Of a DNA stretch of 64,000 nt, positions 12,201 through 25,394 are shown one piece after another. Source of the DNA: Octopus sinensis (taxonomy: Eukaryota); the NCBI RefSeq assembly GCF_006345805.1, contig NC_043004.1:20522001-20586000 (forward strand), in the 5' to 3' direction. Position 1 is the stretch's first letter; the number at the start of each line of letters is the position of its first letter. The notes below the pieces were generated by a model. The model was given only the letters and a program-made list of their open reading frames with translations, was not told the DNA's origin and ran no database searches. The translations under genes were made by a program, and so were the position numbers.

Positions 12201-12239
12201 GTAGTATATATATATATATATATATAATATATATATATC

Positions 12240-12960
12240 TGAAGTGTAGTCAGAAAGTATCTGACCTTTGGCCAAAGAACAAGTAATAACTCACAATTTT
12301 GATTTAGTCTCCTTCAAAGTATTCACCTTGGGAGTCTACACACTTCTGCCAGCATTCCTACCACTACTAGAAACATTTCTGGAAATCACTTTTTGCGATG
12401 TGTAGAGCTGGGCCATCGAATTTTGCTTAGTGTCCTCTGTTGACTCAAATCTTCTTCCTTTGAGTGTTCTTTTTCTCTTTTTGTTTTTGAGCTTTGGGAA
12501 TAGCGAAAAGTTACACGGAACCAAGTCTGGGGAGTAGGAAGCCTGACAAACAAGTGGTGTGTTTTGCTTTATAAGGAATACTTACTTGGATGGTGTGGGT
12601 GGAATGAGGGGGTGCGTTGTTATGGTTGAGTTTCCAGTTCTTTCCTGCCCACAGGTTGGGTCATTTTTGCCACACAACTTCATGAAGGTGATTAAGAACA
12701 CCCAGGTAGTATTTTTTGTTAATTGTCTTACCTTGTGGTGCATATTCATGGCTCACTGACCACTGATGTGCAGCGAACTTTGAACCAGTTGTACTACCCA
12801 TTTATTTGTGTTTTTTCCATAGCATCATCTCCAAAGGCCTTCTGATTCTTCTCAATAGTCTGGGATTGTGTATCACCAAATTTTTGCCAGAGTTTGATAC
12901 AGTATCTTTACTCAATGTGATTGGTCATCTTGACCCAAAAAGGAAAATTACATAGCACAC
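12240..12960 (-). mobile_element. Decayed mariner transposase fragment
   Basis: Minus strand YSPDLVPCNFSLFPKLK...LKGRRFES (mariner YSPDLAPxD motif). Confidence 0.85.
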
Positions 12961-12994
12961 TCTTCACGTCAGTACTCAATGCATCATAGATATT

Positions 12995-13003
12995 TATGTA
13001 TAA

Positions 13004-13071
<68 letters not shown>

Positions 13072-13096
13072 GATATAGATATATATATATATATAT

Positions 13097-13134
<38 letters not shown>

Positions 13135-13345
13135 GATATATATATATATATATAGATATATATATATATATATATATAGATATATATATATATATATATA
13201 TATAGATATACATATACGTATACACATACATATATACATATATACATATACACATATATAAATATACACACATGTGTATATATATATATATGTGTGTGTG
13301 TGTGTATGTATATATATATATATATATTCATGTATGTATATATAT
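12995..13345. repeat. Long compound (TA)n/(TAGA)/(CA) microsatellite
   Basis: Directly visible. Similar tracts occur at 11230-11345, 12100-12240, 15810-15912, 21900-22110, 32170-32340 and 40995-41052. Confidence 0.97.
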
Positions 13346-14514
13346 ATAATGTTAGCAGAGGACAGATCCTGTATTTGATTATCTTTGATATCGTTTTCGA
13401 AAATTGTATGTGCAGTAGCATTGATTATTACTAAGATGAAGTTAGTAAATCTGGAAATGGATTATGTACTGGTAGTTGAACGGCAGTATCATTAGAGTAT
13501 TGGATAAACGGTTTACAGTATTCATTCTAGCTCTTTATCTTCTGAGTTCAAATCCAGCAAGGTCAAATTATTTCTTTCATCTCTCCAGGTTTGATAAATA
13601 AATTATCAGTCAATTACCGGAGTCAATTTCTCTCCCTTTCTCCCCCAACCTCTCTCTCTCTCTCTCCTTGTTTCTCCTTTTATCTCTCTCACTTTCTCTC
13701 TCTCTCTCTCTCACACACAGAGTATCAGCTACGACAGTAAGAAGGTTCTGGAGGACCACTCACTTAATCCCTTCCTCTAACAAATAAAGGAGAGTTAAGT
13801 AAGAGGCCAGCATCCTCTTCTCATTTTGCAAACTACAAAATCAGAATAAAGGCACCAGAAAACTCTTTGTAGGAGGATGGCTTGTGTCATTGTGTGAATG
13901 AGCAGAGGTCACCATATAGATGAACTAAACTGCTATATGGCTTGAGGTGCAGAGTAGATGGATAGAAGTGTTGTATTGACTGGGATTTTGTATAACTAAA
14001 ATAGGTTTTAAAAATAACAAAAATAAGCAAAAATCAGACAATGTAAGAGTGTAAAATTTAAATAGATGTGCAGTGTTATTACCAGTTCAAATATGCTTGA
14101 GACAGGTTCTAATTCATAAGTAAGCTATTCACTTTTTTTTTTTTGTGATGGAGAAAATTTCTCCACAAATGGTGCAAATTCACCTAAATCATCTCACTGT
14201 GCCACCTAACCAAACTGTAAAATGCAAGCATTTCAGAGTAATTATCTTCCCTTCAGTCACAGAATGTGGACGGTGGCAGTGTGAGCTGATAAGAGAGATT
14301 GTTTCTCTTATGCTATTCCAGTCATCATATGATCTGTGATAGCACTAATTGGCAGCTCACAGTAAACAAATTATGGGGTGGAGCATAAAGCAGTGATGTG
14401 TATAAATGCAATGCTATTACCAGTTTAAAGATGCTAGTGGCAGGTTTTTTTTTGCTGATGGTGTTTGTTTGTTTTCATAATGATGATAAATTCTGCTTGC
14501 TGTGTGGTGATATC

Positions 14515-14975
14515 TTTTATCGTTTGAATTATTTCAGTCTTTAGACTGTGGCCATGCTGGGGCACCACCTTGCGGAATTCTTAGTCAAACTGATTAACCC
14601 AAGTACTTATTTCCATTTTAAGCCTGGTATTTATTCCTTAGGTCTTTTTTGCTGAACAGCTAAGTTGTATGGATGTAAACACACCAACACTGGTTGTCAA
14701 GTAGTAGTGAGAAACAGACATCGATACAAAGATACACACACACACAAACACACACACAAACACAAACACACACACACACACACACACCACACACACACAC
14801 ACACACACATACACACACACATGTATACAATGGGGTTCGTTCAGTTTCTGTCTTCCAAATCCACTCACAAGGCTTTGATTGACCAATAGCTACACCTTAC
14901 CCAGGGTACCTCACAGTGGGACTGAACCCAGAACTATGTGGATGGGAAGTAAACTTCTTACCACATAGGCATGCT
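14515..14975 (-). mobile_element. Family A SINE
   Basis: Reverse-complement match to 10092-10509, including the internal CA tract. Confidence 0.85.
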
Positions 14976-15808
14976 TATTCTAACTTGGAGAATATATTCC
15001 CAATAGTAATGAATGAAGTACAGATCAAAGAGCCAAATCTCAGAAGAAATTCTAAGGAAAGTTGAACTGTTGTAAGGAAAGATATCTGATAATATCATGA
15101 AGATATCCATCAATGGTGATGTTGTAAGTTTACTGGTTCCCAATATTTTCTAGAACAATAGTAAGAATGGCAAATAAAAATGAAGTTTGAATCACATTTT
15201 CATGAAATAATACACAAATATAGCAGACAATAAAATTATCGATAATATTTGATGGCATAGGAACTTGTGAGATTGATAATATTTCCCTTTGGCTTTGTAT
15301 AATAAATTTGTGAAAAGACATTAAGATCTCCTAACACTTTGGCAGAGGCAATTATTGTTCGACAACTTACTTTGATTGGCTCATTTTAGAGGAAACAAAT
15401 AGCAATGTTCTGTTAAGCAAAGATTAGAAATCCAAACCTTGGATATTACTTTGATTTCTGAATGGACATATTCGCCTTCAGCTTCTGTTCTTGTTAATTA
15501 GTAGGTACATTATTCTCGTAAATATGCCTGCCTATTGCCCTTTATACTTTATGTATATAACTATACTATAAGTTATAATTTTCTACATTTTCACTATCAT
15601 AATGATATATAAAAATGAACACATGTTTATATGTATCATCGTTGTATGTATGTATCTTTGTAAGTGTGTGTATGTGTGTGTGTAAATATATATGTATATA
15701 TGTATATAAACAAATAAATATATATATATATGTTATACATACATACATACATCATCATCATCATCATCATCATCATTTAACGTCCGCTTTCCATGCTAGC
15801 ATGGGTTG

Positions 15809-15912
<104 letters not shown>

Positions 15913-16212
15913 TATTTACTGGTGTATTGAATGCAAAGTAAACCTATTTCTCATATGTTCATTGCATTGCTCGTGTGTGACTTTATCGTGAGTTTATGGT
16001 GGTTTTTGGAGCATTGGCTCTGATTTTAGCAAGTGGCATTATATGCTCTACTGAATCTAAATTTACCTTATATTGTGCCTATAATGGCGTGAAGTTGCTA
16101 GCTACCTTATTATCTTATCGATACTGTTAATAACGACAATGATACTTCTATATTTAAATTTTACATATATATAAATATATATATATATTCATATATATAT
16201 ATATAACTCTAT

Positions 16213-16300
16213 GTAGGTGTGTGTGTTTTTATACATATGGTATACTTGTAGGTGTGTGTGTTTTTATACATATGGTATACTTGTAAGTGTGTGTGTATTT
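16213..16300. repeat. ~35-bp tandem repeat, about 2.5 copies
   Basis: GTAGGTGTGTGTGTTTTTATACATATGGTATACTT repeated. Confidence 0.9.
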
Positions 16301-17017
16301 ATATATATATATATATATGTTTGTATGTATACATCATCATAATCATCATCATTATCCTTTACCATCTGCTTTTTATGCTGGCATCTTGTGAGACAGTTTG
16401 ATTAGAACTGGCAAGCTGGAGAGTCACACAGTGTATGTTCACATGTATGTTTGTTTGAAAATTTGTATATTTGTGATACATGTCCTGCGAAGATATGGGA
16501 CAAAGTGAAGTAAAATGATTTAGGATGTTGAGCCCTACTGAGAAAATGACAAAGAATCATGATGCTTGGTGAATTACTGTAAAATTGTGGCCATAAAGCC
16601 ATTATGTCTATGCCCTTGCACACAATCTGTCCATGACAAACCCTCCTCCACATCCCATCTTTCTAACACCTCGATCCACTCATGCTCACCATTTGCTGTA
16701 TTCCTCTCCCTCATAAACCTACCAGTGCACCTATGTCCCTGTCAATCTTTTCCCCACAACATATTCCCTCAGCAACCCTTCCCTCAACCTGTGTCCATTC
16801 ACTACATACCCCTCTATTTTCCACTCTCCTTTTGCAATCACAAAATTGAACTTACTTAACCATTTGCCTTATCCAGTCCCTGGGCTACTTCACTAATTTG
16901 CACATCCCTGTAAGTTGATGAATGTTACTACTTGTAAACCAGTAAGTTTCAGAGAAGCACATGTATAAATGCAAACCATCACATGCAAACACTTCCCTTC
17001 TCTCTCTCTCTCTCACT

Positions 17018-17050
<33 letters not shown>

Positions 17051-17394
17051 CTATGTGTATACTATAGGGCTTGTACAATTTCTGCCTACTTTACCAAATT
17101 CACTCATAAGGCACTGGTTGGGCCTAGGGTCATAGTAGAAGACACTTGCTCAAGGTTCTGCAGGATGTGACTGAATCTAAAACAATGTGGTTGCAAAACA
17201 AACTTTTTAAACACAGCCATGCCTGTTTGTTGTCTTTAAACATACAGCAGATGCAAATATCAGATTTATATGTTTGCTTGATTAGAATCACATTTCAGTA
17301 TTCTTGTATATCTGTCAGACATGTGAATGTTTACATTGGAGAATGTGGTTTCTGTTGTCTGGTGTTGGAGACAGGTTTCCTACTAATTTTGATT

Positions 17395-17573
17395 TCAAAA
17401 ATGAAATCCATTTTGCTCTATCACGTCAAGATTTTTCACGAATTCAAATGTTCTTTTTCCAACATTTCCGGTGTTGTCACCATTTCTAAAGATAGATTTG
17501 GCCTCATTAAATGCAGACCCATGTATGGAGCATGACATAACATAGTTTTCAGTATGACTTGGAGTAAGTGAAA
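17395..17573 (-). other. Candidate terminal exon (coding status unknown)
   Basis: Strong acceptor TTTTGTTTTTATTTTTGTAG| on the minus strand, followed by 59 open codons to TGA in unique sequence. Confidence 0.3.
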
Positions 17574-17856
17574 CTACAAAAATAAAAACAAAATTCATCA
17601 TTTAAGAAATAAAAAGCATCAAACTTAAGCAACTTACTTTTCAATTTAACCAGTTTAAAATGTCATGATGATGACTGAAATTTCCTTTATACAATTAGAT
17701 GTTAATAAATAACACGCTTCTGTGTTTCAGAACATCATACATGTCTCATATTTGTAGAATTTGTCTGCAGATATGCCCATACTCTACTTGAATTAGTGTG
17801 ACTGTCATTGCAAACCAGGTGAAACATGTTTTGTTGAACTTTTAGCTATTTCTTAC

Positions 17857-17940
17857 CTTGGTATTTTGAATGCAGCCGTAATATTTTAATTGTGAGGTCA
17901 CGTGGGTCAAGGTCACTTTTTGTCATGCATAGTCAAAGAG
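17857..17940 (-). other. Candidate 84-bp exon
   Basis: Acceptor TTCTTTCTACAG| and donor AAG|GTAAGA. The ATG at 17926 is in phase with the 17573 exon. Confidence 0.35.
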
Positions 17941-18065
17941 CTGTAGAAAGAACTTCATGATATGTATGTTCTTTATGGAACTTTGCTCCTATCACAAATT
18001 TGTATTTGTTTACTTTATAACTGTTGACAATTCTGAAAATTCTTTCCTCGGGTGACAACTGGCTT

Positions 18066-18125
18066 GAATATAGGAGCAATGTGAAATATAGGAGCAATGT
18101 GAAATATAGGAGCAATGTGAAATAA
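18066..18125. repeat. 19-bp tandem repeat x3
   Basis: AATATAGGAGCAATGTGAA repeated. Confidence 0.95.
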
Positions 18126-18484
18126 AATGTCTTTCACGAGAACACAACAGACAACCCAGTCTCATGGTTGTGAGCTCAATTCTCTAACCACTGAGCCATG
18201 CAACTTCACAATTATATAATTAACAACATAACTACATAGGATGAGAAAGAGAGAGAGATCCAAGAAGATTTTTGAAATATGAAATTCCAACAACTGTTGT
18301 CCTATGTAGACTAAAATATAAAAACAAATAAAAATATAAAAGAAATAAAACAAGTGAGGAGAGGAAGTGGGTGTGAAAAGTGAGACAGTTACTGCAGGAT
18401 GATATAAAGATATACTAAGATAACGATAATGATTTAGAGAAGAGTAAATTATAGATAAATAAATAGTTTAAAAATCAATAAATA

Positions 18485-18838
18485 AGTGCAGACATGAATG
18501 TGTGGTTAAGAAGTTCACTATGCAACCATGTGATTCTGGATTCACTGCAATCAATGCCTAGAGAATGAATTTGGTAGAGAGAAGCTGTGTAGGAATTCAT
18601 TGAAAATGTGTGTGTGTGTGTGTATGTTTAAGTGGCTCTTTTGTTTGTCCACTCACCTCTTAGCAACTGGTGTTGGTTTAATTATGCTTAAGTAACATAG
18701 CAGTTTGGCAAAAGAGAGTGGTAGAATGAGTACCAGATTTGAAAAAAAAAAAATGGGCTGGGCTTAGATTTGACTGACTAAACCTTCCAAGCCGGTGTTG
18801 CAGTATGGCTGCAGCCTAATGACTGAAATAAGTAAAAT
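18485..18838 (+). mobile_element. Degraded family A SINE
   Basis: Head, internal GT tract and GACTGAAATAAGTAAAA tail are recognisable. Confidence 0.75.
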
Positions 18839-18847
18839 ACATATATA

Positions 18848-20083
18848 GATGGTGCGGTGAATAAACTGTCATCTAAATTACGCAGAAATGAAAATAACAC
18901 GGACATCCTATTTTAACAGATACTAGCACTATGACCCAGCAACGCCGGGTCATAGTGCTAGTGCATGCATATACAGCTGCATGTGTGCACACATACATGT
19001 GAGTACTGTCCAAATCTCCGACCAATCACATACAGCTAGCTGGCATTCAATTGGCGTATCAGGTTTCGGGTATTTTGATTGGGTTTTGGATAGAAAATTC
19101 ACAAAAAAGTCACTTCTATTGATTTTTTAATGGCTTTGCAGGGTGACTGGGGAAATGTAAAGATGTGCACGACCACCCTTGGACGGTTTTGAATGACCAT
19201 AGAAAGTGCAAGCCCTCTAACTGAAAAATTGTGGATTTGTATAAAGGACACACACACACACACACATACATTTTGCCATTTATATATATAGAGATATTTA
19301 CCAAAATTACATAAAAATGTTTTGAATTTACTAGAGTAAATTTATTCAATAAAATCGCCATTGGCTTTAACCATAGCCTCCAGATGACTTTGGAATCCTC
19401 TGCAACTCTTCTGGACGGCCTCCTTGTCTAAGTTGGTGAAAGCTGTCATAATCCTTGCCTTCAGTTCATCTTTGGTGTTACAAAGAGATTTGTTGGTCTC
19501 TAGCTCAACTGCACCCTACACGTAATAATAAAGGGGGTTGTAGTCTGGAAAGTTAGTTGGCCAGCAATTGTCTGACAGTCATGACTGGGTTTGCCTGCTT
19601 GTGTGACATGGTACAAAATCCTGTTGCTAGACAGAGGCTCTTCCAGCAGCCACCCTCTTCACCCAGGGTAGCAATACTCCCTCCAGGCTCTTGATGTAGT
19701 CCTCCGTGTTGAGTCTGAGGTCATTTGGGAAGATGAATGGAGGCACAATGCCACGATCACTAGCGATCACTTCAAACAGCATGATGTTGACCGAATGTTT
19801 GATTTTTATCACTCTCGGTACATGTCCTCAGATTGCACTCTTCACAGATTGACACTCAAACATTCTGAAATAATTGTATTGGAGCTTCCAGCATGAAAGC
19901 CAAGCAGTACAGTATGTCATTTCCAAATTTCTGGCAGAGTAAATTGCATCATGGTGCTATTTTTCTCACAGACAGTGCCCAACTGACCCTACTATACTGT
20001 GCAGTCGACAAAATCAAAAACAAACAATGTGCATGTCTGAAATTAAAAGTATATAATGGTGGCAATTTATCCATCACACCCTG
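18848..20083 (-). mobile_element. Internally deleted Tc1/mariner element, maT (DD37D)-like
   Basis: Minus strand PPFIFPNDLRLNTEDYIKSLEGVLLPWVKRVAAGR.. QQDFVPCHTS.. WPTNFPDYNPLYY.. EAMVKANGDFIE; imperfect TIRs (GGTGCGGTGAATAAACTGTCA / TGGCAATTTATCCATCACACC) in TA context. Confidence 0.85.
18923..19294 (-). mobile_element. Non-autonomous Helitron nested in the maT element
   Basis: Minus strand A|TCTCTATATATATAAATGGC + (GT)n, then a terminal palindrome ending CTAG|T; inserted in an AT dinucleotide with no TSD. Confidence 0.85.
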
Positions 20084-20092
20084 TCTATATAT

Positions 20093-20256
20093 AGGCACAG
20101 GCATGGATGTGTGGTAGGTAGCTTGCTTCCCAATCACATGGTTCCAAGTTCAGTCCCACTGTGTGGCACCTTGGGCAAGTGTCTTCTACTGTAGTCTTGA
20201 GCCAACCAAAACTTTGTGAGTGGATTTGGTAGACAGAAACTGAAAGAAGCCCGTCG

Positions 20257-20295
<39 letters not shown>

Positions 20296-20633
20296 TATTA
20301 TTCTAATTGTTGTTTCTCTTGTCAGCCTTTGCATTGTTTATCTGTCCAAATGTTTTTTTGTCTTCTATTGCATCTTTGTTTCATTTGTGCATGTGTGTGT
20401 GTATGTACATATGTATGTATATATTTGTGTGTTTGTGTCTGTGCTTGTCCTCACCACCATTGCTTGACAACCAATGTTGGTGTGTTTATGTTCTCATTAC
20501 TTAGAAGTTCGACAAAAGAGACCAATAGAATAAGTATGAGGCTTAAAAAGAATAAATCCAGAGGTCAATTTCTTTGACGAAAAGGGGGTGCTCCAGCATG
20601 GCTACAGTCAAAATGACTGAAACAAGTAAAAGA
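20093..20633 (+). mobile_element. Family A SINE with an expanded internal tract
   Basis: Matches 10092-10509 at both halves. Confidence 0.9.
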
Positions 20634-20664
20634 ATATATAATAATGATGATAATGATAATAATA

Positions 20665-20880
20665 ATCCTTTCTACTATTGGCACAAGGTCTGAAATTTTG
20701 TGGGAGTGAGTCAGTTGATCAAATCGACCCCAGTACTTTATTGGTGTTTAATTTATCAACACTGAAAGGATGAAAGGCAAAAGCCGACCATAGTGAAATT
20801 TGAACTCAGAACATAAAAACAGATGAAATAGTGCTAAGCGTTTTGCCAAGCAAGCGAAAGATTCTGCCAACATGCAGCCT
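20665..20880 (-). mobile_element. Family C SINE (MetaSINE-like)
   Basis: GAAAGGATGAAAGGCAAA...GAAATTTGAACTCAGAA core on the plus strand. Confidence 0.8.
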
Positions 20881-20881
20881 T

Positions 20882-21295
20882 ACTCTTTTACTCTCTTTTA
20901 CTTGTTTCAGTCATTTGACTGCCGCCATGCTGGAGCACCGCTTTTAGTCGAGCAACTCGACCCCGGGACTTATTCTTTGGAAGCCCAGTACTTATTCTAT
21001 CGGTCTCTTTTGCCGAACCGCTAAATGACGGGGACGTAAACACACCAGCATCGGTTGTCAGGCAATGCTAGGGGGACAAACACAGACACACAAACATACA
21101 CGCACACATACATATATATATATACATATATACGACGGGCTTCTTTCAGTTTCCATTTACCAAATCCACTCACAAGGCTTTGGTCGGACCGAGGCTATAG
21201 TAGAAGACACTCGCCCAAGGTGCCACGCAGTGGGACTGAACCCGGAACCATGTGGTTGGTAAGCAAGCTACTTACCACACAGCCACTCCTGCGCC
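20882..21295 (-). mobile_element. Young intact family A SINE
   Basis: Near-identical reverse complement of 10092-10509 with CpGs retained. Confidence 0.93.
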
Positions 21296-21298
21296 TTA

Positions 21299-21354
<56 letters not shown>

Positions 21355-21545
21355 CAGTTAACGTCCGCTTTCCATGCTAGCATGGATTGGACGATTTGAC
21401 TGAGGTCTGGCGAGCCAGACTCCAATCTGATCTGGCAGAGTTTCTACAGCTGGATGTCCTTCCTAATGCCAACCACTCCAAGAGTGTAGTGGGTGCTTTT
21501 ACGTGCCACCAGCACGAGGGCCAGTTTGGTGGTACTGGCAACGAT
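21355..21545 (-). mobile_element. RTE LINE 3' end (family D)
   Basis: TTAACGTCCGCTTTCCATGCTAGCATGG...GGTGCTTTTACGTGCCAC. Confidence 0.85.
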
Positions 21546-22076
21546 AATAATGATAATAATAATAATGAAGATAATAATAATGAATACAACAAAAATGATA
21601 GTAATAAAAATAAAATACACCTAAAAGCAGTAATAAAACAGGTAATAAAACTAAACACACAGGCATACGAAGTTTTGGAAGTCTGTTAGTTGAGGAGGTG
21701 GTCTTGGATTAATGTTCACATAGCCATATGTGACAACACTTAGCAGCAGGTGAAGTGTGTCAGGCCTAAGGCAAAATACATAGAATAAAACATACAAATA
21801 AAAGTGTAGAAAGTCCTGCTGGAAATCAAGAGTAAGTACAGTAATACTTACATTTTCTATATGCTAAAGTGCATGACTACATGAGTATATATGTATATAT
21901 ACTCATGCACATTATATATATATATTATATATATATATATATATATTATATTATATATATATATACATTATATATTATATATTATATATATATATATATA
22001 ATTATATATATATATATATTATATATATTATATATATATATATTATATATATTATATATACATATATTATAATTAT

Positions 22077-22108
<32 letters not shown>

Positions 22109-23084
22109 CTACAACCACTGCACATACATACACACATGCATACACATTAGCATTTAGACATAACACATAAGTACAACTATATATATATATGTACTCATAC
22201 ACACATATAATATGTATATAATGTATGTATATATATATGTGCAAATGTACACACAAATATACTTGTATTAAAATACTAAATTACTAGCATAGATATATGG
22301 ATAGAAATAAATATACGTACATAAGGATGCATACACATATATAAACATATCCACACACACATATTTATGCTCCTCACATAGATATCTCATCTAGAGGCTG
22401 TGACCATGCTGGGGCATTGCTAATTTATATACATGCACTCATACATAGTAGATATACATGTATATATAAATATGAATATATATATACAAACACATATATA
22501 TATATGCATTCATACACACACGCATATATATATATAAAGACACATGCACAAATATTTATATTTTACACTCACACACATATATAAGCTCACACCTGTAGAT
22601 ATAGATGTATAAACAATTCGAAACAAATTTTGTTGGGTATTTGGCCATTACATAATGCAAACAAATCATAAATTTATTATTGAAAGTAATAAAAACATTA
22701 CATAATAACATATGTGTTGGCAGGGAACAATTTATCTATTGTCTAGGTTAACTATATCTAACTATATCAATACAGCTATAGGCATCTGCTGGGGACACTT
22801 CACAAATCCACCCATAGCTAGTAATAACACTAGTGGTATGATGTGATAAAATTTTGATACAACTTATGATGTGTAATACTCTTCTTCATTTCTGTTTTAT
22901 TCTATAGACATCTCTATAATTTATGATGATATTGTTGTATTTATGACCATAACTGGACCAGATATTAGCAGGGGTTCTTGTTTTAAAGTTGTTTTAATGT
23001 GTCTATTGATATTTACTACCTTGTGTAACTATCTGAACTGGAATAACTGTACTTTCAGACAACAATGGAGATATACACACACAC

Positions 23085-23119
<35 letters not shown>

Positions 23120-23255
23120 GCCTACATTTATACAGACAATATGTGAGATCTAGAGATGCTCAATATAGAAAACTTGCAGTAGTGTTGAAATGATTAGAAA
23201 CGGAACTCAAAAGTCTTTATTGAGGACTATTTATATATATCAAGCCTAATTGAGT

Positions 23256-23292
<37 letters not shown>

Positions 23293-23411
23293 TCTCTCTC
23301 TCTCTCCCTCTCTCTCTCTATCTCTCTCTCTCTCTCTCTCAAATATCATCATCAGCATCATTTAATGTCTGTTTTCCATACTGGCATGGACTGGACTGAT
23401 GTGTGTGTGCG

Positions 23412-23458
<47 letters not shown>

Positions 23459-23632
23459 ATGAGCACGTTTTTGTGCGTGCATGTTTGTATTTGTATGGAT
23501 GTATATATCTTTATGCATATAATCACGTAAGTACATGTGTGTGTATATGTATGTATGTATGTATGACCACGTGTGTATCGTTGGCGCTTATTTTCTTCCA
23601 TCTTCCTTTCCTTGGATCTTTCCTTTTCCTAT

Positions 23633-23668
23633 GTTTCTGATGAAGAGCTCCACTCGAAACGTTAAATC
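23633..23668 (+). ncRNA. Minimal type I hammerhead ribozyme motif (Penelope-like)
   Basis: GTTT-CTGATGA-A-GAG(CTCCA)CTC-GAAA-CG-TTA-AATC. Palindrome AACGTT replaces stem III; stem I has one mismatch. Confidence 0.7.
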
Positions 23669-23891
23669 CTCCTTCTTTCTTTCCTTTCCTGAGCGTCCAA
23701 TAACACTATACTTGTTCTACTTCCTCCCGTTGTTGTGTTTTCTCTTTGTGTTTTCATATTTGGATTATATTGGGATCACGTGGATGAGAAAGGCGTGATC
23801 CAGAGAGGAGTGGACAGCGTGCTGTGACCTGACCAGCGGTGTCAAATGGACGCCTGCCGGACTGGTCGGTCAAAGTGAAGTGATCAAAGTG

Positions 23892-23965
<74 letters not shown>

Positions 23966-24431
23966 TTTATGCCTGAGAGTATGAATATACTTTACACCTG
24001 CTTTCCATGCTAGCATAGGTTGGATTGTTTGACAAGAACTGGCAAGGCAAAAAGCTGCACCATGTTCCATAGTCTGTTTTAGTTTGGTTTCTGCAGTGGA
24101 ATGCCTTTCCTAATCCCAGTAGCTTCACAAAGTGAATTAGGTGCTTCTTACATGGAACCATCATCAGTGCTTTTTACATGGCACTTCGATACCCATGCTA
24201 GCAGTCCAACCCATGCTAGCATGGAAAGCGGACGTTAAATGATGATGATGAAATGTTGTTGTGGTAGGCAGATTTTCTTGGTAATGGTGTTAGAAAATGA
24301 AGTCAGCAGAGCTACAAATGCAAATAAATCTAATAAATGTCCATTGATGAACCTCTGTGTGAGTAGCAATGAGTAGCAATATGTACAAATATATACATAT
24401 TTGCATACATACCCAATACACACACACATAT

Positions 24432-24462
<31 letters not shown>

Positions 24463-25358
24463 TATGTATATTTTATGTGTGTATACACGAATGCATATAT
24501 TTACCTAGGTCTATGATTTTTGGGCATATATACTTAGGTAACTTCGTTGATATGCCTATAATTGCATGTTTATATACACATAAGCATAATGTTATATATC
24601 TGACCTCATTCATGGATGTTTTCCTGCAGAATTTCCCATGTTTTTATACATTTTCATATATATGGTTTCTCTTTTATATTTCACCTCAAGTTGAGACACT
24701 TCACCTGCTGTGTACTACGCTGTCAGTATGGTTTAAGGGGCATTGATCTATGATTCTACTTCAACTAAGGAAACTACAAATCACTGTAGCTATGTGGTTT
24801 TATTAACAGTGTTATTACTATTGATATTATCTACAGTTTTATTACTTTCTCTTTTATTCTTGATTTTTAAACCTGTTTGTTTACATTCTTCTTCCTCTCT
24901 ATATCATATTCATTTCCAAATATTTTTATACCTTCCTGTATTCATTATCCCAGCAGTTATCTCAACCTCTCTCTCTCTCTCTACATACACATATTTGGCA
25001 AGTGTGGTTTGGATTTCATACTTAGAGAAATATCTAGGAAAGATAATTCTCATATCCTCTATGAATGTGTGCTTAATAAATATATAATTGTGAAGATTTT
25101 TGTTACTTATCAAAACAGTTGTAGGCAATGAAATTTTCGATGTGTCAACCATATTATTTGCTTTCTGTTTTATTATTGTTTTTTTCCAATGTATTTTGCT
25201 CTCAGCATTTGCTATAACTAGTATCAAAATCCATGCAACAATCCATATGGCACTGCATTAAAGTTATGAAATTTCAGAGTTTAACATATAAACTGAATGC
25301 AAATTTTGTAACTAATTCTTATGCATAAAATACCAAATCTGAAAGTTATATCTGTCTA

Positions 25359-25394
<36 letters not shown>

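Noticed and set aside
14060-14460. Diverged ~45-bp local duplication (TATTACCAGTT..ATGCT..CAGGTT)
   Set aside because: Short, old and without associated structure; probably an ordinary local duplication.
14990-15530. Possible Penelope RT relic (DVVSL word)
   Set aside because: Only one short motif; it needs a profile search to confirm.
17933-17935. In-frame TGA upstream of the candidate small ORF read as selenocysteine (L-U-L-C)
   Set aside because: It matches no selenoprotein motif I know, and no SECIS-like element is visible downstream on the minus strand.
21900-22110. Irregular interruptions in long TA tracts as a coded pattern
   Set aside because: Consistent with slippage or long-read consensus errors.
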